NCBI GenBank assembly: GCA_002337055.1
Contig: DDFG01000004.1
Span: forward strand, 795,088 to 819,087
Source: Betaproteobacteria bacterium UBA1934
GTDB taxonomy: Bacteria; Pseudomonadota; Gammaproteobacteria; Burkholderiales; Rhodocyclaceae
Length of the DNA: 24,000 bases
Direction of reading: 5' to 3'
A model generated the notes under the pieces. That model searched no databases, was not told the DNA's origin, and saw nothing but the letters and a program-made list of their open reading frames with translations. This document shows, in pieces, positions 10,816 through 19,145 of the stretch (position 1 is its first letter; every line of letters starts with the position of its first letter). The position numbers and the translations under genes were made by a program.

Positions 10816-11238
10816 CAAAATTCTCCTTGTGTTTGGGAAACCAGTCTTGCCGGCCGCCGGCACAGCAAAACTGACAGAGCTCTCTAAACCGAGAGGCTGT
10901 TCCCATTTTCAGGCAAGGCTTAACTTCGAGGCAATTCCATTCCCACTTTCATGACATAAACCGCATGCTTTTGTTGCGTGCCAACAACAAAAGGAAAGGT
11001 TCGTGCGAAGCCCTTTCCGACATGCAGGAAGGGACTTTCCGGGGTTTCGCCCCCGCCTTGCCGGCATATCACCAATTCATTCTGACATCACACGAAATCG
11101 GCGAGTCGGCCCTTTCCCAGGACCAGATGGATGCGCGCATCGTCACGAGATTGGCGCTACCAAAAGTGCTTTGTGGCTCAAGAGCAACAAGCTCGTCGCC
11201 AGCACCAAGGAAAAATGGCGAATGGCCTCGGAGTCGAC

Positions 11239-11691
11239 CTATTCAGGCCGCTTGGAGTCGAGCATGATGGTTACCGGCCCATCGTTTATCAACTCGATTT
11301 GCATGTCCGCCCCGAAGATGCCGACGGCGACAGGCCGCCCCAACTCCCCTTCCAATCGCCTGGCAAACAGCCTGAACATCGGCTCGGAAAGGGCCGCAGG
11401 GGCCGCACGGTGCCATGACGGTCGAGTACCCTTTTTGGTCGAAGCATGCAACGTAAACTGCGACACTACCAGGATCTCCCCACCAACCTCCGTGATGCTC
11501 CGGTTCATTGCACCGCTTTCGTCCAAGAAGAGTCGTAGCCGAACAAGCTTGCCGACCGTCCATTCGATATCGGCCTCTCCATCCTCATGTTCGAACCCCG
11601 CCAGCACCACGTAACCCTGCCCGACCGCTGCCAGCGTTTTCCCTCCAGTATCCACTCGCGCTCGGCGCACTCGCTGAATCAGCGCCCGCAT
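11239..11691 (-). CDS. dtd: D-aminoacyl-tRNA deacylase
   Basis: MRALIQRV start, with SQFTLHA and NDGPVT signature blocks. 150 aa from the ATG at 11691, which lies 1 nt after the upstream EamA stop. The longer tracked ORF start at 11757 overlaps EamA. Confidence 0.9.
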   Translation of the reverse strand: MRALIQRVRRARVDTGGKTLAAVGQGYVVLAGFEHEDGEADIEWTVGKLVRLRLFLDESGAMNRSITEVGGEILVVSQFTLHASTKKGTRPSWHRAAPAALSEPMFRLFARRLEGELGRPVAVGIFGADMQIELINDGPVTIMLDSKRPE

Positions 11692-11692
11692 G

Positions 11693-12589
11693 TCAGGCCT
11701 CGCTCGAATCAGCGGGGCTTCGCCGCAAAATAAATACATTCCCAAAAATCGCTGCAACCAAGCCGATGACAGACAGCGGCGTCCAGGTGAAATGTTCGAA
11801 CAGCGACGACATCACCAGCGCGACTACGGTCGTCATCACGCCGATGTAGCCGGCACGCCCGCCACCCACGTTCTCCAGCAGCTTCAGATAGAAGAAAAAC
11901 GCGGCAACCGAACCGAACAGAGCCAGATACAACCACGACAGAACATATGCCGGGCTGGGATCAAACGTCATCGGTTGTCCGGTCAGCAGCACCGCGATCA
12001 GACAGGTGGCAGTGCCGTAGGCCATACCCCAGGCCATTTTTTGCAGAACGCCCACCTTCTCGCGCTCGAGTTGCGTGGCCCAAACATTGCCCGCCGTGCT
12101 GGAAAGTACGCCACCGATAGTCAGTAGCGCACCAAGGATGACATCACTCCCCGGATGTAATCCGGCCAGTTCCGGCCAGAACACGCAGATCACGCCGAAC
12201 AGGCCAACCAGCCCGCCGATGCTGACCCGACGGCTGATCGGCGAACCGAAGGCAACCCGAGCTCCGATCTGGTTGGTCAGCGGCAAGACCGAATAACCGA
12301 CGGCCACCAGCCCGGAGGCAACATGGCTTTCTGCGTAGTACACACAGAGATAGCCGACGCCGAACATGGTGATGCCAAACCCCGCCAGGTGGAGATGAAC
12401 GCGCCAGCCAAACCGGAGCGGCAGCCGCTGCCAGCGGCACACCGCGGTAAGAATCAGTGCCGAGAGCCCAAAGCGCCAGGCGACGCTGGCTTCGGGCGTC
12501 ACCGAGCCAAGCTGAAAGGTGATCGCCAGCCAGGTGGTGCCCCATATCAGCACACAATATAGAAAGCGACGAAGGTCAAGCGGAGACAT
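11693..12589 (-). CDS. EamA/DMT-family transporter (about 10 TM segments)
   Basis: 298 aa from the ATG at 12589 (MSPLDLRRFLYCVLIWGTTW). Two internally similar hydrophobic halves typical of EamA repeats. It is the only credible part of the 824-aa tracked ORF 11693..14167. Confidence 0.8.
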   Translation of the reverse strand: MSPLDLRRFLYCVLIWGTTWLAITFQLGSVTPEASVAWRFGLSALILTAVCRWQRLPLRFGWRVHLHLAGFGITMFGVGYLCVYYAESHVASGLVAVGYSVLPLTNQIGARVAFGSPISRRVSIGGLVGLFGVICVFWPELAGLHPGSDVILGALLTIGGVLSSTAGNVWATQLEREKVGVLQKMAWGMAYGTATCLIAVLLTGQPMTFDPSPAYVLSWLYLALFGSVAAFFFYLKLLENVGGGRAGYIGVMTTVVALVMSSLFEHFTWTPLSVIGLVAAIFGNVFILRRSPADSSEA

Positions 12590-12688
12590 AAGCGGCAAAC
12601 GGCGGACGAAAGGCGTCAAGGCTACCACAGCGACGAGGCGCGATTGGTTTAAAATGCCCGCCTCACCGATTTCTGCGAGGCTGCCGTC

Positions 12689-15355
12689 ATGCGCTCCGAT
12701 ACCCCCCAGACGATTTACCTGAAGGACTACTGCCCGGCCGTTTGCGCCATCGAAACAGTTGATCTCGACATCGCCATTTTCGCCGACCATACCCGCGTGA
12801 CGGCCACTCTGGCGTGCATTCGCCAGCGCGAGGGTGATCTGGTGCTGGACGGCGAAGACATCGTCCTCGAATCGGTGGCGCTCGATGGCGTGCCGCTGGC
12901 GGCAACGGCGTACTCGACCACCGACCACAGTCTGACGCTGCCCGCCCCGCTGCCCGCGCGCTTTACACTGACCACCGTGAGCCGTATCGACCCCGACCGC
13001 AATACCTGCCTCTCGGGCCTGTATCGTTCCAAGGATGGCTATTTCACGCAGTGCGAGGCGCAAGGATTCCGCCGCATCACCTGGTTCCTCGATCGGCCCG
13101 ATGTGATGGCAACCTACACCTGCACCCTGCACGCCGACAAGGCGCAGTTTCCGGTGTTGCTCTCGAACGGCAACCCCGTCGCCGCCGGCGACGAGGCCGA
13201 TGGCCGCCACTGGGCCAAGTGGGCCGATCCGTTCAAGAAGCCGAGCTATCTGTTCGCCATGGTCGCCGCCAAGCTCGATGTACTGGAAGATCATTACATC
13301 ACCACTTCCGGACGTCGTGTGCGCTGTGCCGTCTACGTCGAACCGGGCAAACTCGACCAGTGCGCCCATGCGATGGCAGCCTTGAAGAAGTCGATGAAGT
13401 GGGATGAAGACGTCTTCGGCCTCGAAATGGACCTCGACCATTACATGATCGTCGCCGTCGGCGATTTCAACATGGGCGCCATGGAAAACAAGGGTCTCAA
13501 CATCTTCAACACCAAGTACGTGCTTGCCCGCCCCGACACCGCTACCGATATCGATTTCCAGAACATCGACCGCGTCGTTGCACACGAATATTTCCACAAC
13601 TGGACCGGCAACCGCGTCACCTGCCGCGACTGGTTCCAGCTCTCGCTCAAGGAAGGCCTGACGGTCTTCCGCGACCAGCAGTTCGGAATGGACATGCACT
13701 CGGCCGGTGTCACCCGCATTCAGGAAGTGCGCACGTTGCGCACGGCGCAATTCCCCGAGGATGCCGGCCCGATGGCGCACCCGATCCGCCCCGCCGCCTA
13801 CGCCGAAATCAACAATTTCTACACCGCCACCGTCTATGAAAAGGGTGCCGAAGTCATCCGCATGATCCACACCCTGATCGGTGCCGAAGCCTTCAGAAAG
13901 GGCATGGATCTGTACTTCGAGCGCCACGACGGCCAGGCCGTGACCTGCGAGGATTTCGTCGCCGCGATGCAGGACGCCTCCGGCCTCGATCTCACTCAAT
14001 TCAAGCGCTGGTACAACCAGGCGGGCACGCCGCGCCTTGAAGCACGCGGCGAATTCGATGCCGCCGCCCGCCGCTTCACCTTGCGGGTTGAACAGCATTA
14101 CCCGGAAACCGCCTACGAAAAGCGTCTCGCCGACGAAGGCACGCCGCTCGTTCGCGGGCCCTATCACCTGCCCCTCAAGATGGCGTTGCTGGCCAACGAC
14201 GGCCGCGCGCTACCGCTGCGCCTGGCTGGCGAAGCCACCGCGGCAGGAACCGAACGCGTGCTCGCCGTCACCGCCGATCGCCAGCAGTTCGTTTTCGAGG
14301 ATATCGACGCTGCGCCTGTGCCTTCGCTGCTGCGCGGACTTTCCGCCCCCGTGGTGCTTGATTACCCCTATTCCCAAGCCGAGTTGATCCACCTGATGGC
14401 GCACGACGCCGATGCCTTTGCCCGCTGGGAAGCGGGACAACGCCTGGCCACCGACATACTTCTTGGCGGCCTCACCCGGCCCGATGCCACGGACTGGATC
14501 CCCGCCGGCTATGCCAACGCGGTGCGTACCCTGCTCGCTTCGGCATTTCTGCCCGGTGGCGATCCGGCCTTGGTCGCCGAGGCGCTGGTACTACCTTCGG
14601 AAGTGGTGCTGGCCGAAACGTTACAAGGCGTGGTCGATCCGGAAGCGATCCACCGGGCGCGCCTCACCTTGCGCCGTCATCTCTCCGAGACCCTTTACAA
14701 CGAGCTGCGCGACGCATACGACCGCCTGCAGGTAAGAGCCGCCTATTCGCCCGACGCCGCGCAGGCCGGCCAGCGTGCGCTCAGGAACGCCTGCCTCGCC
14801 TATCTCGCGGAAGCGGATGACAGCCACCATGGTTTGGTGGTCGCTCACCTGAACGGTGCAGACAACATGACCGACCGCATGGCGGCCCTGACGGCTCTGG
14901 CCCAGTTCGATTGCCGAGAGCGTGAGACCGCACTGGAAGCCTTTCTGACGGAATGGCAACACGAGGCACTGGTGGTCGACAAATGGCTGCTGGTGCAATC
15001 GACCTCGCGTGCTGCCGATACGCCAGCGCGCGTGCGCGGGCTGCTGCGTCACCCGGCCTTCGATATCAAGAACCCGAACAAGGTGTATGCACTGATTCGC
15101 GCTTTCTGTTCCGCCAATCCCAAGCATTTCCATGCCGCCGACGGCAGCGGATACGCGCTGGCTGCCGACGCGATCATCGAGATCGACAGCCTGAATCCGC
15201 AAGTCGCGGCACGCATTTCGCGCAGTTTCGACCGATGGCGCGCATTCGATGCCGGCCGGCAGGCGCACGCCCGTTCGGCGCTGGAGCGTATCCAGGCAAA
15301 GCCGGATTTGTCGCGGGATGTCGCCGAGGTAGTCGGCAAGGCACTGGGAGCGTGA
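12689..15355 (+). CDS. pepN: Aminopeptidase N (M1 family)
   Basis: GAMENKG exopeptidase motif. HEYFHNWTGNRVT followed by LKEG (HEXXH-X18-E zinc site). 888 aa, collinear with E. coli PepN from the N-terminus. Confidence 0.95.
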   Translation: MRSDTPQTIYLKDYCPAVCAIETVDLDIAIFADHTRVTATLACIRQREGDLVLDGEDIVLESVALDGVPLAATAYSTTDHSLTLPAPLPARFTLTTVSRIDPDRNTCLSGLYRSKDGYFTQCEAQGFRRITWFLDRPDVMATYTCTLHADKAQFPVLLSNGNPVAAGDEADGRHWAKWADPFKKPSYLFAMVAAKLDVLEDHYITTSGRRVRCAVYVEPGKLDQCAHAMAALKKSMKWDEDVFGLEMDLDHYMIVAVGDFNMGAMENKGLNIFNTKYVLARPDTATDIDFQNIDRVVAHEYFHNWTGNRVTCRDWFQLSLKEGLTVFRDQQFGMDMHSAGVTRIQEVRTLRTAQFPEDAGPMAHPIRPAAYAEINNFYTATVYEKGAEVIRMIHTLIGAEAFRKGMDLYFERHDGQAVTCEDFVAAMQDASGLDLTQFKRWYNQAGTPRLEARGEFDAAARRFTLRVEQHYPETAYEKRLADEGTPLVRGPYHLPLKMALLANDGRALPLRLAGEATAAGTERVLAVTADRQQFVFEDIDAAPVPSLLRGLSAPVVLDYPYSQAELIHLMAHDADAFARWEAGQRLATDILLGGLTRPDATDWIPAGYANAVRTLLASAFLPGGDPALVAEALVLPSEVVLAETLQGVVDPEAIHRARLTLRRHLSETLYNELRDAYDRLQVRAAYSPDAAQAGQRALRNACLAYLAEADDSHHGLVVAHLNGADNMTDRMAALTALAQFDCRERETALEAFLTEWQHEALVVDKWLLVQSTSRAADTPARVRGLLRHPAFDIKNPNKVYALIRAFCSANPKHFHAADGSGYALAADAIIEIDSLNPQVAARISRSFDRWRAFDAGRQAHARSALERIQAKPDLSRDVAEVVGKALGA

Positions 15356-15445
15356 TCGCCGCCTGCAGGGCCGTATCGCGCCAATGCGGTTGGATTCGGG
15401 CGTGCCGTGGCGCGCCCTCAACCGAAGAGGAATGAGGGTAATGCG

Positions 15446-16415
15446 ATGTTGAGGCGCCTAGCGCCCTAGTTTCTGACCGCACTGCTTACTGCCACGAGAC
15501 TGCCTGTCCGCGCCGAAGCACCGATTCAGGGCACCCAGGTGCCTGGCTATTAGCGGCAAACGCTTGGACAGTATGAGGTGACAGTACTGTTCGATGGCGC
15601 CGCTGAACTCGATACCAAGCTTCTTAAGCACACCAACGAGGACGAATTGCGAAGGCTCCTGGCGCGCATGTTCGTCGCCAACCCCAAGATCCAGACAGCA
15701 GTGAATGCCATCTGATCAACACCGGCAAGCTTCTCGTGCTGTTCGACTCTGGTGCCGCCAAGCTGCTTGGCCCCGGACTGTGTTACATCCTGCAAAGCCT
15801 GAAGGCGGCCGGTTACGAAGCGGGTCAGGTGGATATCGTAGTCATTACTCATCTTCATGGCGATCACATCAGTGGCCTGATCAGAGAAAACGGCCAGGCG
15901 GCTTTCCCCAACACCAGGGTCTTCGCTGCATAGGCAGACCACGATTTCTGGCTCTCCGAAAAGGTGGCCGTAGCCGCCCCGAACGAAATGCAGCCATTCT
16001 TCAAGATGGCGCGCGACTTGGCCGCACCGTATCAGACTGCCGGCCGATGGCAGACGTTCAAGCCGGGCGACGAACTGGTACCGGACATCCACGCTACCGA
16101 CGCACACGACCACACCGCCTTCCGCATTGAATCGGGTGGCAAGGCCCTAGTAATCTGGGATGAGATGGTGCATGCCCGTGCGGTGCAATTTGCCCGCCCG
16201 GGTATTTCCATCGAGTTCGATATCGACCAGAAGCAGGCTATTGCCAGCCGGCGAGCACCGATGAAAGCAGTCGCCAAGGAAGGCTTCTGATTGCCGGGGT
16301 GCACCTGCCTTTCCCGGGGATCGGGCATGTGCGGGCGGAAAGCGCGGACCGCTTCTCCTGGGTGCCGGCGGAATTTACAGCGCTGCCCGCCACACCGAAG
16401 AAAACCGGCTATTAG
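15446..16415 (+). pseudogene. MBL-fold metallo-hydrolase pseudogene (signal peptide plus beta-lactamase-fold domain, multiply disrupted)
   Basis: Conceptual translation across three frames gives a collinear MBL-fold protein: MLRRLAP*FLTALL signal, VNAI/LINTGKLLVLFDSGA, THLHGDH at 15850..15867, DFWLS, and a C-terminal HLPFPGIGHVR. Lesions: in-frame TAG at 15467, 15551 and 15931, and -1 frame changes at about 15712 and about 16287. The terminal stop is at 16413..16415. Confidence 0.8.
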
Positions 16416-16483
16416 GGTTCTCTGACCGCGAGCGAAAGCGGGTCAGCCAGTTTCGCTCTCTGCTTCCACCTCGCCTGCGCCGG

Positions 16484-17371
16484 TCAGACGAATACGGCGC
16501 GCATTTCCTGAGCGTGGGCGGCGATTTCGTCGATCAATTCAAGATAGGCCGGCGGCGCTTCGACCGCGGCGGGATCAACTTGATCGACAGCGATGTCCTG
16601 ATGGGCCCACTCAAAGCCCGAACCTGCCAGCACATTGGCGACATAAACCACGTCCCTGAGCCCATGCGGCACAGTGGGAATGGGCCGCAACTGGTCATGG
16701 TCTGCGATGGCTTCGACGATGTCGTCCGGTACTTTCAAACTCATCAGCAAGGCCACACCAATGCTTTCGTGCCATTGCATGACAAGGTGACGCAGCGTAT
16801 CCGGACGCTTGACCAGTTCCGGATACTTGACGCCGCGATACAGCATGTAAAACGCACCTATGTCGTGCACCATGCCCGCCAGAAGGGCTTCGTCGGGGTT
16901 CAGGCGGGTCAGACGGCGGGCGATTACCCAGGCGGCGGAAGCACTGTACAACGAATGCTCCCACAAATTCTCAGTGAATGCAGCAAAGGGCACCATGTCG
17001 CGAGACATCAGCATCTGCTTGATCGCAATGGCCATACTGGTTGTCCGCACGCGTTGCAATCCCAGTCTCGAGATTGCCGACTTGACGTCGCGTACCGACT
17101 GCCCGGGCGTGCCAAAAGCCGCCGAGTTGGCGAGATTCAGCAATTTGGTGCTAACCAGGGGATCAAGATTGACCGCCGCAGCGACGACATCCAGCGAGAC
17201 TTCGGGATCATCGAGCAGGCGGCGCAACTGGTCCGCAGTCTCAAAACAGGTGGGGAAATAGATATCGCCAGCTAGTTCTTTGGCGATGTCTTCCAGCATG
17301 GCAAAGCGTTGGGCATTGAGGTCGTCGCCCACCTTGTTGCCGCCGTCTTCCGCAACCATGGTCGTCTCCAT
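16484..17371 (-). CDS. HDOD domain-containing signalling protein
   Basis: HDOD-type blocks: FPTCFETADQLRRLL, LDPLVSTKLLNLANSAAFG, VRDVKSAISRLGL, LWEHSLYSA, AGMVHDIGAFYML, DHDQ. The ATG at 17371 is 4 nt after the upstream stop. The ATG at 17359 has a better GGAG and is an alternative. The tracked start at 17506 overlaps the upstream gene. Confidence 0.8.
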   Translation of the reverse strand: METTMVAEDGGNKVGDDLNAQRFAMLEDIAKELAGDIYFPTCFETADQLRRLLDDPEVSLDVVAAAVNLDPLVSTKLLNLANSAAFGTPGQSVRDVKSAISRLGLQRVRTTSMAIAIKQMLMSRDMVPFAAFTENLWEHSLYSASAAWVIARRLTRLNPDEALLAGMVHDIGAFYMLYRGVKYPELVKRPDTLRHLVMQWHESIGVALLMSLKVPDDIVEAIADHDQLRPIPTVPHGLRDVVYVANVLAGSGFEWAHQDIAVDQVDPAAVEAPPAYLELIDEIAAHAQEMRAVFV

Positions 17372-17375
17372 CGAA

Positions 17376-18092
17376 TCAAGGACGTCTGGGGGTGACGTCG
17401 ACAAAGCGCTTGCCTGCAGCCAGAGCACTGGCACGACACGGTTCGGCAAGCTCGGCGCCACCACAGTAATCGATTTCCGCAATGTCGGCGTGGTGACACA
17501 GAGCACTTAGCACACCGTCATCACCTTGCACCAGATTCACCACGCCCGCCGGCCAACCGGCCCGCTGTGTCAACTCGCAAAACGCAAATACTGCGCCAGG
17601 CGCGTGCGGGCTGGGCTTGCAAACCAGAGCGCCCCCCGCCAGCGCAACCGGCGCCAGCATTGTCGCCAGCCCCGAAAGCGGGCGCTGGCGGTCGATCACA
17701 CCACCCAGAACGCCCCCGCCAGCAGCATGCACCCGCCCGTCTTGCAGGCAATTCACGGCCGCTTCGATCTGGGCAAGCGCCTCGGTTTCAGAAATTCCAG
17801 ATTCGTCCTGCAACAGCTTCGCAAAATGCGTCGCATAGCCCTGCAATGCTTCCGCCAGCACAATCAGCAGACGGTGTCGCGCCGATAACGGCTGGGCTGC
17901 CCAACCAGGCAGTGCATCAAGGGCGGCGCCGACGGCCACCTCGACTTCGGCCACGCCACACAGCGGTACGCGTCGAACCACGGCGCCGGTCAGCGGATTG
18001 ACGACATCGAATAGCCGCTCGCCCATGCTGAGATAGGGGCGGCCATTGATCCACAGGGGGACTGCGAGGGGGCCTTCGGCCTTGAATTCCAT
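17376..18092 (-). CDS. Aldehyde dehydrogenase-like protein, N-terminal (cofactor-binding) half only
   Basis: 238 aa. The LWINGRP, VCKPSPHAPG, AGWPAGVVNLVQGDD and IAEIDYCGGAEL blocks are collinear with the first half of ALDH-superfamily enzymes. It ends before the LELGGK strand and lacks the catalytic Glu/Cys domain. Confidence 0.7.
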   Translation of the reverse strand: MEFKAEGPLAVPLWINGRPYLSMGERLFDVVNPLTGAVVRRVPLCGVAEVEVAVGAALDALPGWAAQPLSARHRLLIVLAEALQGYATHFAKLLQDESGISETEALAQIEAAVNCLQDGRVHAAGGGVLGGVIDRQRPLSGLATMLAPVALAGGALVCKPSPHAPGAVFAFCELTQRAGWPAGVVNLVQGDDGVLSALCHHADIAEIDYCGGAELAEPCRASALAAGKRFVDVTPRRP

Positions 18093-18145
18093 TTCGGTCG
18101 CACCGACGCCAAAAAGCGTCAGTTTAACCGTTTCTGGGCAGATCT

Positions 18146-18844
18146 TCAGCCCTCGCTGCCGGCGCGCCGGCGCGCCGCCGTCTCCATTCTGTCCTTTTCA
18201 GCGAGCACGCGTGCGGCATAGCCTTGATCAGCATCATCCGCGGCACCGGCAAATTGCTGGAGTCCCGCAGCTACGCCGCCCTGGCGCCGAATGTATTCGT
18301 GCAGCGCACGCGCGCCGACCCGCACATTGAGAAGCGGGTCGAGCAGTGCTGCCCTGGAAGCCTCTGCCGGCAATTTGTCCTTGTGAAAGCGCGGAATCAC
18401 CTGCATCAACCCCTGCGCCCCCATCACACTCTCGGAGAGCGGATTGAAACGGGATTCGACGGCGATCACCGCGACGATCAGCATGGGGTCAAGCCGCCAT
18501 TCGCGGGCCGACTCTTCGGCCACTGCAAATATCGGCCGCAACGCCTCGGCGGAAACCCGATAACGGCGGGCAGCATAGTCAAGCGCTGCCTGCATGCGCG
18601 GACTCAGCCTGTCGTTCGCCGCATCGGGTGCATCATCCACCTCGTCGTCGGGCACGGCGAGCGAAACCCCCGGTAACATCAGCAGGGGCCGTAACCATTC
18701 TCGCAACTGGTCGTTTCCCGACAGCAGTTGCGCGGAACCAAATAGAAACACGACACCGGCGATCAGCAGCACATGACGCAAACAGCGCCAGCCCGTCTCG
18801 GCATACCGGAGAAACGTGGGAGAAAAGGTAAGTGATTGAAACAT
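18146..18844 (-). CDS. Lytic transglycosylase (SLT domain) with N-terminal membrane anchor
   Basis: AVESRFNPLSESVMGAQGLMQV (catalytic ES motif plus GLMQ). N-terminal hydrophobic segment VLLIAGVVFLFG. Strong GAAGGAGA Shine-Dalgarno before the ATG at 18844. Confidence 0.85.
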   Translation of the reverse strand: MFQSLTFSPTFLRYAETGWRCLRHVLLIAGVVFLFGSAQLLSGNDQLREWLRPLLMLPGVSLAVPDDEVDDAPDAANDRLSPRMQAALDYAARRYRVSAEALRPIFAVAEESAREWRLDPMLIVAVIAVESRFNPLSESVMGAQGLMQVIPRFHKDKLPAEASRAALLDPLLNVRVGARALHEYIRRQGGVAAGLQQFAGAADDADQGYAARVLAEKDRMETAARRRAGSEG

Positions 18845-19121
18845 GGTCTCTCCTTCACTGTTGCCATCGGGTCAAAAGCCAGCCCGATGGGCGGTTAAGG
18901 GGAAGCGCTCTCACAGGAGGAAAGCGCCTGGTGGGGACATTGCAAACACCATCGCGTCGGGAAGTAGACGCGGCGATGTGCAAGAGAGTTCTGCCAGGGC
19001 CAGTGCCGCCAAAGTCATATTGCATTGCAGCAACGTCGCCAATGTAATGCATTCATGACGGGTTGTCAATACTACAAAATTTCAACACCATGTTTATTCG
19101 GAATATTTGTTATCAAATAGT

Positions 19122-19145
19122 CCCATAATGCATATGCATTATGGG
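19122..19145. promoter_or_regulatory. Perfect 24-bp palindrome, candidate operator upstream of hcp
   Basis: CCCATAATGCATATGCATTATGGG is identical to its own reverse complement. It lies in an AT-rich stretch 212 nt upstream of the hcp ATG and 19 nt upstream of a CATAAT -10-like hexamer (19164..19169). The cognate regulator is unknown. Confidence 0.4.

Noticed and set aside
8347-10887. Plus-strand ORFs of 254 aa (8347..9111) and 452 aa (9529..10887) opposite the two porin genes.
   Set aside because: The minus-strand porins have signal peptides, Shine-Dalgarno sites, a terminal Phe and mutual homology. The plus-strand frames have none of these and are Arg/Gly/Val-rich antisense readings.
11031-11040. 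GGGACTTTCC, an exact match to the classical eukaryotic NF-kappaB site.
   Set aside because: It has no meaning in a bacterial chromosome. It is a chance consequence of the GGAA(A)GG/CTTTCC complementary segments described in the findings.
11693-14167. An 824-aa minus-strand ORF, the longest in this part of the track.
   Set aside because: Only its last 299 codons (from the ATG at 12589) look like a real protein, a hydrophobic EamA transporter. The rest is Gly/Ala/Arg/Val-rich, with no recognisable motifs, and runs antisense to the well-supported pepN gene and across the divergent promoter gap. It is a typical open antisense frame in high-GC DNA.
15467-15933. All three premature stops in the MBL-fold locus are TAG, which raises the idea of programmed read-through or recoding of amber codons.
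   Set aside because: The same locus also needs two frame changes at sites without slippery heptamers, and it has degraded metal-ligand motifs. Ordinary TAG stops are also used by neighbouring genes (for example dtd). Pseudogenisation is the simpler explanation.
15550-16113. A 187-aa minus-strand ORF inside the MBL-fold pseudogene region, which could be taken as the real gene there.
   Set aside because: The plus strand carries clear MBL-fold homology blocks, including THLHGDH, across three frames. The minus-strand frame has no recognisable features.
16415-16484. An imperfect hairpin, CTGACCGC-GAGCGAAA-GCGGGTCAG, between the pseudogene end and the HDOD stop, considered as a bidirectional terminator.
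   Set aside because: The stem has a bulge and there is no U-tract on either strand, so it is too weak to call a rho-independent terminator.
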